DNA of 32,000 nt. It comes from Ktedonobacterales bacterium. Its GTDB lineage: Bacteria > Chloroflexota > Ktedonobacteria > Ktedonobacterales > JADMIN01. Below are positions 9,678-17,126 of the stretch, piece by piece. The stretch covers positions 1,800,001-1,832,000 of the forward strand of contig CP126532.1 in the NCBI GenBank assembly GCA_030167145.1. The letters are read 5' to 3'. Under the pieces are notes generated by a model that made no database searches, was not told the origin of the DNA, and worked only from the letters and a program-made list of their open reading frames with translations. The translations under genes were made by a program, and so were the position numbers. How positions within the stretch are numbered: the stretch's first letter is position 1; each line of letters opens with the position of its first letter.

Positions 9678-9702
9678 GGGCGCACGCCGCGCGCCCCTAC
9701 GA
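9678..9702 (-). repeat. degenerate REP2-like copy (GGGCGCACGCCGCGCGCCCCTACGA)
   Basis: About 19 of 25 positions match the 8222 copy in the same orientation when aligned by eye. A GGGCGC...GCGCCC stem is retained. It lies in the 91-nt gap between the carA stop and the first GNAT gene. Confidence 0.45.
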
Positions 9703-9740
9703 CAGGTGCGGGCGCAGCCTGCCGCGCGCTATACGCCGTC

Positions 9741-10937
9741 TCATCCGGCCAGAGCAACGGTGTTCCGTTCGCGCGCCACCATCTCTGCGAAGCGGTCGAA
9801 GAGATAGCGGTTGTCTTCCGGGCCGGGGGCGGCTTCGGGATGATACTGCACCGAGAAGACCGGCAGCGTCTCGTGCGCCAGCCCCTCCACACTGCCGTCC
9901 GAGAGGTTGATGTGGCTTACATACAGGCCGCTCTCCGCCGGAATACTCACCGTATCCACCTGAAAGTTATGGTTCTGCGATGTCACCGTCACCCGTCCCG
10001 TCCGCACTTCGCGTACCGGATGGTTTGCGCCGTGGTGGCCGAAGGGGAGGCGGCTGGTACGCCCGCCCGCCGCCAAGCCGAGTATCTGGTGCCCCAGGCA
10101 GATGCCCATCAGCGGCATCCGCGCCTCCCACACCAAATGCCGTGTCAGCGCGATCAGTCCCGCGACGCTCTCCGGGTCGCCAGGACCATTCGAGAGCAGC
10201 ACACCATCCGGGCGCAGCCGCCGCACCATTTCCAGATCCACATCGTGCGGCGCCAGCACCACCTCGATCCCGCGCTCCGCCAGGCACCGTGCGATGTTGC
10301 GCTTGAACCCCGTATCAATCAGCAGCACCCGTGCCCGCTCCGCTCCACCCTCCCCTTCCCTACGAGGGAAGGGGTCGGGGGTTAGGTCTTCCCATTCCTC
10401 GACCTCGGCGCTTGAGACATCGCCTACAACATCCAGATCCGAGACCGAACGGACCTGTTTCGCTTCGGCGACCAGCGCCGCGATATCTGGCGTCTCGCCA
10501 GGAGCGTAGGCGCGCATCACGCCGCGCAGCGTGCCGTTCGCCCGCAGGTGCCGCGTCAGCGCGCGGGTATCGAAGTCGCACATCCCAGGAATCCCATTCG
10601 CGGCCAGATAGTCGTCGAGCGACGCCGCCGCGCGCCAGTTGCTATATTCATCGCAATATTCGCGGACCAGCAGCGCCGAGAGCCACGGACGGCGCGACTC
10701 CACATCCTCTTTGGCGACGCCATAATTGCCGATCAGCGGGTACGTCAGGCAGACCATCTGCCCGCGATACGATGGGTCGGTGCAGATCTCCTGGTAGCCA
10801 GTCATGCCCGTGGCAAACACCACCTCGCCGCGTCGCCCATCGCGCAGCGCATCCACCGCGCCGAACGGACGCCCGTAGAAGACCTTGCCATCTTCCAGCG
10901 CCAGCACCGCGAACGTTTCGCTCCGCTCTATCTCCAT
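9741..10937 (-). CDS. carA: carbamoyl-phosphate synthase small (glutaminase) subunit
   Basis: The N-terminal domain begins MEIERSETFAVLALEDGKVFYGRPFGA...GEVVFATGMTGYQEICTDPSYRGQ. The class-I GATase has MPLMGICLGHQIL (catalytic Cys) and VQYHPEA. A GGAGG RBS is present. Confidence 0.96.
   Translation of the reverse strand: MEIERSETFAVLALEDGKVFYGRPFGAVDALRDGRRGEVVFATGMTGYQEICTDPSYRGQMVCLTYPLIGNYGVAKEDVESRRPWLSALLVREYCDEYSNWRAAASLDDYLAANGIPGMCDFDTRALTRHLRANGTLRGVMRAYAPGETPDIAALVAEAKQVRSVSDLDVVGDVSSAEVEEWEDLTPDPFPRREGEGGAERARVLLIDTGFKRNIARCLAERGIEVVLAPHDVDLEMVRRLRPDGVLLSNGPGDPESVAGLIALTRHLVWEARMPLMGICLGHQILGLAAGGRTSRLPFGHHGANHPVREVRTGRVTVTSQNHNFQVDTVSIPAESGLYVSHINLSDGSVEGLAHETLPVFSVQYHPEAAPGPEDNRYLFDRFAEMVARERNTVALAG
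10350..10389 (+). repeat. REP1 hairpin repeat copy located inside the carA coding sequence
   Basis: ctCCCCTTCCCTacgAGGGAAGGGGtcgggggttaggtct. It matches the intergenic copy at 10971 at 36 of 40 positions. In carA it is translated on the minus strand as DLTPDPFPRREGE. Confidence 0.85.
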
Positions 10938-10970
10938 CGTCGTCTGCCTCCGTATGTGGCCCTTAGTGTC

Positions 10971-11010
10971 CTCCCCTTCCCTCGTAGGGAAGGGGCCGGG
11001 GGTTAGGTCT
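10971..11010 (+). repeat. REP1 hairpin repeat copy in the pyrC-carA spacer
   Basis: ctCCCCTTCCCTcgtAGGGAAGGGGccgggggttaggtct. It has a perfect 10-bp stem and a 3-nt loop. It fills most of the 75-nt gap between the pyrC stop (11013) and the carA start (10937). Confidence 0.85.
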
Positions 11011-11012
11011 GC

Positions 11013-12410
11013 TCAGTTCCCCGCAGCGTAGACCAGCTTGCCGCCGAGCCAGGTCTGGCGCACGCGCCCGTGCAGCGTCAGCCCAGTCAGCGGCGTATTC
11101 TTCCCCTTCGAGGCGAAGCGCGCCGGATCCACGACCCATGCCTCGTTCGGATCGAAGACCGTGATATCCGCATGCGCCCCCACCTTCAGCGTGCCCGCAT
11201 CCAGATTCCACGCCCGCGCCGGCCGCACCGTCAGCGCCGCGACCAGCGTAGCCAGATCCAGCCGCTCAACATGAACCAGCGCCAGCAGCGACGCCAGCGC
11301 CGTTTCCAGCCCAGAGATGCCGAACGCCGCTTCGCCATACTCACAGGCTTTATCGGTCAGTGTATGCGGCGCATGGTCGGTGGCAATGGCGTCAATCGTG
11401 CCGTCGCGCAGCCCCGCCAGCAGCGCCGCGCAATCCTTCGCTGTTCGCAGCGGCGGATTCACCTTGGTATCCGTGTCGTAGCGTTCGCCGGGCAGCACCG
11501 GCACGCCAATCTCCGCCAGCGCATCCGCCAGCGGGCCAGTGCGCTCCCCCGCCACCCAGGCGTCGGTCAGCAGCAGGTGATGCGGCGTGACCTCAGCGGT
11601 GACGGGCAGCCCTTCGCGTTTCGCCTGGCGAACCAACTCCACCGCTCCGGCGGTGCTGAGGTGCGCCGCGTGATACTTCGCGCCGGTCAGCCGCACTAGC
11701 GCCAGGTCGCGCGCCAGCATCACCTCTTCGCCCTCCGCTGGCCAGCCCTTCAGCCCCAGCAACGTCGAAATCTGCCCCTCGTGCATCACCCCGCCGCCAA
11801 CCAGATCCTCATCCTGGCAATGCTCCACCACCGGCAGCCCCAGCGGCGCGGCATATTCCAGCGCCGAGCGCATCAGCTTGCTGCTGGCTACCGGGCGCCC
11901 ATCGTCCGAGAAAGCCACCACGCCCGCCTGCGCCAGTTCCACCATCTCACTCAGCTCATGCCCGTCCTCGCCCTTGCTGATCGCCGCGATTGGCCCAATG
12001 CGCACAGGCGCGTTCTCAGCCGCGCGCAACACATACTCTAGCGTCGCGCGTGAATCAATCACCGGCTGCGTGTTCGGCATGCAGCAGATCGTCGTGAAGC
12101 CGCCGCGCGCCGCCGCTTCGGCCCCCGTGGCGATCGTCTCTTTCGCCTCGAATCCGGGCTGGCGCAGATGCGCGTGCAGGTCTACGAACCCTGGCGCAAT
12201 CACGCTTCCCGCTGGCTGGCGCAGGGTCATGCGCTGCTCAGGCCCAATGTCCAGTTCGCTCAGTTTCGCTTCCACATCCTGCTCGCTGCCAATCGCGGCG
12301 ATGCGCCCATCTACGATCAGCAGCGCGCCGGAGCCATCCATCCCCTGACTTGGATCGAGGATGCGCGAACCAGCCAGGATGATCGCGGCGTACTCTTGCG
12401 GCTCTCTCAT
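11013..12410 (-). CDS. pyrC: dihydroorotase (long, allantoinase-like class)
   Basis: Contains VIAPGFVDLHAHLRQPG (HxH metal site) and ATDHAPH. It sits between pyrB and carA. Its start codon directly abuts the pyrB stop. Confidence 0.93.
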   Translation of the reverse strand: MREPQEYAAIILAGSRILDPSQGMDGSGALLIVDGRIAAIGSEQDVEAKLSELDIGPEQRMTLRQPAGSVIAPGFVDLHAHLRQPGFEAKETIATGAEAAARGGFTTICCMPNTQPVIDSRATLEYVLRAAENAPVRIGPIAAISKGEDGHELSEMVELAQAGVVAFSDDGRPVASSKLMRSALEYAAPLGLPVVEHCQDEDLVGGGVMHEGQISTLLGLKGWPAEGEEVMLARDLALVRLTGAKYHAAHLSTAGAVELVRQAKREGLPVTAEVTPHHLLLTDAWVAGERTGPLADALAEIGVPVLPGERYDTDTKVNPPLRTAKDCAALLAGLRDGTIDAIATDHAPHTLTDKACEYGEAAFGISGLETALASLLALVHVERLDLATLVAALTVRPARAWNLDAGTLKVGAHADITVFDPNEAWVVDPARFASKGKNTPLTGLTLHGRVRQTWLGGKLVYAAGN

Positions 12411-13778
12411 CTATTCTCCCCGCTTCTGATCCGCGCCAGCGACTAGTTCCAGCGCCGCCATGCGAATCGCGACGCCGTTGGTCACCTGCTCTTCGATGAC
12501 CGACGCGTCGCCGTAGGCTACCGCCGGATCAATCTCCACGCCTTCATTCATCGGGCCTGGGTGCAGCACCAGCGCACCTGGATTCGCCAGCTTCAGCCGT
12601 TCCGGCGTCAGCCCCCACACTGCGCTATACTCGCGTATCGAAGGCAGCAGCCCCGCCTGCTGGCGCTCGCGCTGCAGCCGCAGCGCCATCACCACATCCG
12701 CGCCCTCCAGCGCCCGCTCGATATGCGGCTCCACGATCACCTCGCGCCGCGCATCCGTGCCAGGAACTGGCCGCGCGGCGTAGAGATCAGCGGCGGCGGG
12801 CGGCAGCAGCGTCGGCGGGCCGCACAGCACCACTGTCGCGCCCATCGCCGTCAGCGTCCAGATATTCGACCGCGCGACGCGGCTGTGCAGGATGTCGCCG
12901 AGAATCACGATACGCCTGCCCCGGACCGGACCCAACCGCCGCACAATCGTATATAAATCCAGCAGCGCCTGCGTGGGATGCGCGTGCCACCCGTCGCCCG
13001 CGTTCAACACCGAACCGTCAATATGCCGCGCGATTAAATCCGGCGCGCCCGCCTGGCTGGAGCGCACCACCACAATCCGCGCGCCCAACGCCTGAAGCGT
13101 GCGCACCGTATCTATCAGCGATTCACCCTTGGTGACGCTGCTCGCCGAAGCCGTCACATTGGTCACATCCGCGCCCAGCTTCTTGCCCGCTAGCTCGAAC
13201 GAGACGCGCGTGCGTGTGCTGTTCTCATAAAACAAATTGACCATCACCTTGCCGCGCAGCGTATCTAGCTTCGTCTCAGGCCGCGCCAGCGCCGCGCCCA
13301 TCGCGTCCGCCCGCGCGAACAGCGCGCCAATCTCGCTCGCGCTCCAATCGTCCACGTCCAGCAGATGCTTGCGCACGCCGTCGGCAGATGAGGGTGCGTG
13401 TGTCTGCTCCGCATGCCCATGTGCGGCTGGATTCCGCTCCTCCTCGATGATCTGCAGGCAGAGGTCAACGCATTCGTTGCAGATATGCACCCCACCCGGC
13501 CCGGCAATCATCGCATTCACCTGCTCACGGCTCTTGCCGCAAAAGGAGCAGCGCACCAGCCCGCCCACTTTCTCCTTATACGGGTCAGCGGCGGTGAGCA
13601 CGCGCGTATGCGCGGGTAGCGCCAGCGCCGATTCCGCGTTCGCCAGCACCTCGGTGAAGGCGTGCGTACACTCGTCGCAGACATAGACCCCGCCCGGCCC
13701 GGCGATCAGGCGCTGCACTTCGTTCTGCTCTTTGCCGCAGAACGAGCAGCGATACGTTATGCGTGTCGTCTTCGCCAT
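12411..13778 (-). CDS. pyrB: aspartate carbamoyltransferase catalytic chain fused to two N-terminal ClpX-type C4 zinc-ribbon domains
   Basis: The ATCase core (about 13376-12411) has [21 protein letters not shown] and [12 protein letters not shown]. The N-terminal 134 aa contain two units, [21 protein letters not shown] and [25 protein letters not shown], each C-x2-C-x19-C-x2-C. It is a single uninterrupted ORF with a GGAAGG RBS, 11 nt after the pyrR stop. Confidence 0.9.
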   Translation of the reverse strand: MAKTTRITYRCSFCGKEQNEVQRLIAGPGGVYVCDECTHAFTEVLANAESALALPAHTRVLTAADPYKEKVGGLVRCSFCGKSREQVNAMIAGPGGVHICNECVDLCLQIIEEERNPAAHGHAEQTHAPSSADGVRKHLLDVDDWSASEIGALFARADAMGAALARPETKLDTLRGKVMVNLFYENSTRTRVSFELAGKKLGADVTNVTASASSVTKGESLIDTVRTLQALGARIVVVRSSQAGAPDLIARHIDGSVLNAGDGWHAHPTQALLDLYTIVRRLGPVRGRRIVILGDILHSRVARSNIWTLTAMGATVVLCGPPTLLPPAAADLYAARPVPGTDARREVIVEPHIERALEGADVVMALRLQRERQQAGLLPSIREYSAVWGLTPERLKLANPGALVLHPGPMNEGVEIDPAVAYGDASVIEEQVTNGVAIRMAALELVAGADQKRGE

Positions 13779-13789
13779 CTGCGCCTTCC

Positions 13790-14365
13790 CTACTCCGGTT
13801 CGCGGCTGAGCAGCACCGAATCGAAGCCGTCGGTCTCGCGCAGCCGCACACGGATGCTCTCGCTGCTTGCGGTCGGCACATTCTTGCCAGCGTAGTCGGC
13901 CCGAATCGGCAACTCGCGGTGCCCACGATCCACCAGCACCGCAAGCTGAATCTTGCGCGGGCGTCCGTAGTCCAGTAGCGCCTCGATGGCCGCCCGTGTG
14001 GTGCGCCCCGTATACAGCACATCGTCCACCAGCACGATCACCGCGCCCGAAATCTCCACCGCCAGCGGCTCGCGCGGCTTGCTCAGGCGTTCGGCGCGTT
14101 CGGGCAGGTCGTCGCGATAGTTCGTGGCATCCAGTTCGGCCACCGGCACGGCCACGCCCTCAAACTCGGCGATGCGCGCCGCCAGCCGTTGCGCCAGCGG
14201 ATAGCCGCGTGTACGCATGCCCACCAGCGCGAGACCCGCCGCGCCGCCGTTGCGCTCCACAATCTCATGCGCGATACGCGAGATTGCGCGGCGCATCTCA
14301 TCTTCATTCAAGATGGTCTTATCCTGCCCATCCTGTCTGCCGCTCGCCGTCGAATCGCCGCTCAT
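13790..14365 (-). CDS. pyrR: bifunctional pyr-operon attenuation regulator / uracil phosphoribosyltransferase PyrR
   Basis: Contains [30 protein letters not shown] and the PRPP-binding [18 protein letters not shown]. It is the first gene of the operon, with a GGAGG RBS. Confidence 0.94.
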   Translation of the reverse strand: MSGDSTASGRQDGQDKTILNEDEMRRAISRIAHEIVERNGGAAGLALVGMRTRGYPLAQRLAARIAEFEGVAVPVAELDATNYRDDLPERAERLSKPREPLAVEISGAVIVLVDDVLYTGRTTRAAIEALLDYGRPRKIQLAVLVDRGHRELPIRADYAGKNVPTASSESIRVRLRETDGFDSVLLSREPE

Positions 14366-14394
14366 ACAACCTCCTGCTCACCGGCCCAGAGCAT

Positions 14395-14434
14395 AAAAAA
14401 ACCTTCACAGCCACCACCATTGGTGACGTGAAGG
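14395..14434 (-). terminator. intrinsic terminator (attenuator) in the pyrR leader
   Basis: The minus-strand RNA reads CCUUCAC-gucaccaaugguggugg cu-GUGAAGG followed by UUUUUUU (the A-run at 14395-14401 on the plus strand). It lies 30 nt upstream of the pyrR start. Confidence 0.8.
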
Positions 14435-14494
14435 CATCTTCTGGGCCGCCGATTCGCCCCCGCATACTGGGCGCGCGCATACGCCATCGGTCTA

Positions 14495-14528
14495 CTCCTT
14501 TCCAGCCTCACGGGACTGGTCTTAAAGG
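14495..14528 (-). promoter_or_regulatory. PyrR-binding RNA motif (anti-antiterminator loop)
   Basis: The minus strand reads CCUUUAAGACCAGUCCCGUGAGGCUGGAAAGGAG. This fits the conserved PyrR binding-loop pattern (UUUAA..CAGUCC.G.GAGGCUG..AAGGA). CGUGAGGC could alternatively pair with the terminator 5' arm GCCUUCACG, forming the antiterminator. Confidence 0.7.
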
Positions 14529-14543
14529 AACTTCTGAGATAAG

Positions 14544-14572
14544 AGTATATCACCCCGCAGGCTACCGCGCAA
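14544..14572 (-). promoter_or_regulatory. candidate pyr operon promoter (TTGCGC-17 nt-TATACT)
   Basis: On the minus strand the -35 is at 14572-14567 and the -10 at 14549-14544. This places the transcription start a few nt before the PyrR-binding motif. Motif evidence only. Confidence 0.4.
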
Positions 14573-14774
14573 ACGTCTGGTCATCCTCAGCCAGCGCTTC
14601 TGCCGCCAGTATTTCCAGTGCTTGCGGAGTGAGCGGGTCCGCAAATAGCGCATCCCATTTTGCGTCATCGTCTAAGGTCTGCATAATGACAGCAGCCAGA
14701 GCCGCCTGTTCCTCTTCGGATTGCTGCGCGGCACGGTCAAAGGCCTGTTTGAGGGCATCAATCATGGTACTCAT
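14562..14774 (-). CDS. small acidic helical protein (70 aa), antitoxin-like, unknown function
   Basis: Trimmed to ATG 14774. The sequence is MSTMIDALKQAFDRAAQQSEEEQAALAAVIMQTLDDDAKWDALFADPLTPQALEILAAEALAEDDQTFAR. No adjacent toxin-like partner was seen. Confidence 0.45.
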   Translation of the reverse strand: MSTMIDALKQAFDRAAQQSEEEQAALAAVIMQTLDDDAKWDALFADPLTPQALEILAAEALAEDDQTFAR

Positions 14775-14969
14775 GAGCGCAGTATCTTTCTCTACTCGAT
14801 TGTGTCTTGTGAAGTGACGCTTACTGCTCACTGAACGCAGTATATCACGCCATCTGCCGGCTACCTCTCTAGCGCCCCCTTGACAACGAAGCCTTAATAT
14901 CGCACAATACTTCATAAAGTGAAGTGTGTGCCGCTAATGCCATTCACGACCCGAAAGGCCGACAATCCC

Positions 14970-15854
14970 ATGACCGATACCACCAGCATCACCGCAGCCA
15001 CAATTGCGCCCGAAACCCACATGGGCACGGCGCACCTGAAGGTCGCCGACCTCGAACGCTCCGTCCGCTTCTATACCGACGTGCTCGGCTTCCGCGTCCT
15101 CGACAGCCAGGGCACGGATAGCGCCATCCTCACCGCCGATGGCGCAACACCGCTGCTCGCGCTGAGTGTCCCGCCCGATGCCCAGCCGAAGCCACCGCGC
15201 ACCACCGGCCTCTACCACATCGCCATCCTCACGCCCAGCCGCGCCGCCCTCGCCCGCACGGTGCGCCGCCTCGCCGAGACGCGCTATCCGCTGGGGGGCG
15301 TCGCCGATCACGGCGTCAGCGAAGCGCTCTATCTCTCCGACCCCGACGACAACGGCCTCGAAATCTACCGCGACCGCCCACGCGCCGAGTGGCCATACGC
15401 TAACGGCGCGCTCACCATGACCACCGACCCGCTCGACGTAGAGGCGCTGCTCGCCGAGGGGCTGGCCGATCCGCGCCCGTGGGACGGTCTGGAGCCAGAG
15501 ACGCGCGTAGGCCACATGCACCTGCAAGTGAGCAACCTTGACGCGGCGGTAGCCTTCTATCATGATGTGCTGGGCTTCGACCTGATGGCGCGCTATGGAC
15601 CCAGCGCGGCGTTCCTCTCCGCTGGTGGCTACCACCACCACCTCGGCCTCAACACCTGGGGCACCCGCAACGCCCCATCCGCCCCTGCCAACGCCGTGGG
15701 CCTGCGGCAGTTCGACATCCTGGTTCCGGACGCCGCCGAGCTAGCGCGCATCGCGGACCGCCTGCGCGACGCCGGGATCACCTTCGAGCAGAGCGCCGAC
15801 GCGCTCACCGTACACGACCCATCCGGCAACCTGGCACGGGTGATAGTGGCATAG
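14970..15854 (+). CDS. two-domain VOC (glyoxalase/bleomycin-resistance/extradiol dioxygenase) family protein
   Basis: Two repeats of the VOC module are present: GTAHLKVADLERSVRFYTDVLGF and VGHMHLQVSNLDAAVAFYHDVLGF. The start is set at ATG 14970 (GAAAGG about 10 nt upstream). The upstream alternatives 14937 and 14919 cannot be excluded. Confidence 0.75.
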   Translation: MTDTTSITAATIAPETHMGTAHLKVADLERSVRFYTDVLGFRVLDSQGTDSAILTADGATPLLALSVPPDAQPKPPRTTGLYHIAILTPSRAALARTVRRLAETRYPLGGVADHGVSEALYLSDPDDNGLEIYRDRPRAEWPYANGALTMTTDPLDVEALLAEGLADPRPWDGLEPETRVGHMHLQVSNLDAAVAFYHDVLGFDLMARYGPSAAFLSAGGYHHHLGLNTWGTRNAPSAPANAVGLRQFDILVPDAAELARIADRLRDAGITFEQSADALTVHDPSGNLARVIVA

Positions 15855-15867
15855 CAGGGCAGTTGGC

Positions 15868-16236
15868 CTACAACGGCAAGAAGATGCGCCGGTCGCGCCA
15901 CTTATCAGGGTTGCTAGCCTCCCAGATCAGCAGCAAATCCTCGATGGTTGGTCCAATCGGCGCTTCCTGTGCGACTAGGAACAAGCCAGGGCTATGCTGA
16001 CCGCTGGCAAGAAACGCATCAAAGTCCGCAATCATCGTGTTAACATCATGACTAAGAAGGATACGGTCATGCTCAGCGGCAAATACAAGCACCTGAGGGT
16101 CGTGCATCCCTAAATTATGTGCCTCAGGTGTGGTCAAAATATCCATCCCCGGCTGCCTGCGACGCAATCCCCGGACAATAGCGGCCCGAAAGTTTTCATC
16201 GGTCAGAAAGCGGATGGAGCCGCCCAGGTCGCTCAT
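15868..16236 (-). CDS. DUF5615-type PIN-like domain protein (putative toxin)
   Basis: Contains IRFLTDENF...GMHDPQVLVFAAEHDRILLSHDVN. A 4-nt ATGA overlap joins it to the upstream DUF433 gene. Confidence 0.7.
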   Translation of the reverse strand: MSDLGGSIRFLTDENFRAAIVRGLRRRQPGMDILTTPEAHNLGMHDPQVLVFAAEHDRILLSHDVNTMIADFDAFLASGQHSPGLFLVAQEAPIGPTIEDLLLIWEASNPDKWRDRRIFLPL

Positions 16237-16625
16237 ATCCTGAGTGACTCCGCTTCATGTTCTTCGACGGCAGGACTATCCGGCTCACGTGGCGGCATAC
16301 CCAGGCGCACCCGTGCCTCCGCGAGTCGTTTCCGCATGTTCGCATAGAACTCCGGGTCGGCAGCCTCAGCTTTGGCACGCTCAACACGCCACTTCTCGTC
16401 TATCTCGCGAAGATAGTGATCTACCTCCTCACGGTGGTCGAGGTAGTAGGCAACAGTGCCATAGATTGCGGCAAGCGATACCGTTGGAAAATCCTCATGA
16501 ATCTGTTCAGGCGTCTGGCCCATCCTCCAAAACCGGACAATCGTATCCAGCGTCACCCGTGTTTTTCCGATGTACACGTTGCCATTGCGGTGTTGTACGT
16601 ACTCATTCTCATTTTCGTGATTCAT
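16233..16625 (-). CDS. DUF433 domain protein (putative antitoxin/regulator) with a C-terminal extension
   Basis: Trimmed to ATG 16625. IGKTRVTLDTIVRFWRMGQTPEQIHEDFPTVSLAAIYGTVAYYLDHREEVD is the DUF433 signature. Confidence 0.75.
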   Translation of the reverse strand: MNHENENEYVQHRNGNVYIGKTRVTLDTIVRFWRMGQTPEQIHEDFPTVSLAAIYGTVAYYLDHREEVDHYLREIDEKWRVERAKAEAADPEFYANMRKRLAEARVRLGMPPREPDSPAVEEHEAESLRI

Positions 16626-16732
16626 AATAATTCCCCGGTTCTCTGCTCGCACCCGCTTATATTCTATTATAGGACAGGTTTAGGGCGACATTCGTATCGA
16701 GGAGGATGCTAATCGCCGTCCCACGCTCCGCG

Positions 16733-17002
16733 CTAGCCACCGAATTTCTCAATTCTCGCCTCATCAAGCCACTGCGCTACCAGTTCATCTGAAGGTGGCT
16801 CTTGACCATTTGAGAACAACCCGGCAAGATCACGCCAACTGACCCATCCCGGTTGCCCAGGGCTTGGCGGCATTGTCTCTGTGTGGTGCATGCTCTGCAC
16901 ATAGGTTCGCACCACTTCTTCGGCGACAGCACGTTGTTCATCTTGCGAAAGATCACGGAAAGCGTCGAGAATTGCTTTACCCTTTGGCGAAATCGCGGCC
17001 AT
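16733..17002 (-). CDS. small hypothetical protein (89 aa)
   Basis: Trimmed to ATG 17002, which has a GGAGGA RBS. The sequence begins MAAISPKGKAILDAFRDLSQDEQRAVAEEVVRTY. I did not recognise a family. Confidence 0.45.
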   Translation of the reverse strand: MAAISPKGKAILDAFRDLSQDEQRAVAEEVVRTYVQSMHHTETMPPSPGQPGWVSWRDLAGLFSNGQEPPSDELVAQWLDEARIEKFGG

Positions 17003-17126
17003 CGTGTTTCCTCCGGTTCGAGAGTCTTGCGGTTCCTTGCACATGTGCTTCGGCTCTGCTGTGCCTGCGCTTTGGCACATTGCCCTGCGAAAGCACCCGC
17101 TCGCATTCTACCACAGCCCCACCGAG

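Noticed and set aside
9650-9892. N-terminal 81-aa extension of the small GNAT ORF (start 9892)
   Set aside because: It would overlap the 3' end of carA by about 150 nt and is Arg-rich. ATG 9649 yields a normal-length GNAT protein.
10350-11010. Possibility that the REP1/REP2/REP3 repeats represent a CRISPR array
   Set aside because: The copies are hundreds to thousands of bp apart, not regularly spaced, and belong to three different families. They are strongly palindromic with tails, and no cas genes are present. They fit REP/MITE-like interspersed repeats.
13374-13376. Internal GTG that would give a conventional-length PyrB ([11 protein letters not shown]...) separate from the zinc-ribbon region
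   Set aside because: No stop codon separates the zinc-ribbon region from the ATCase core, and I see no convincing Shine-Dalgarno before this GTG. The fusion must therefore be made whenever the upstream ATG is used. Dual initiation cannot be excluded and is listed as a check.
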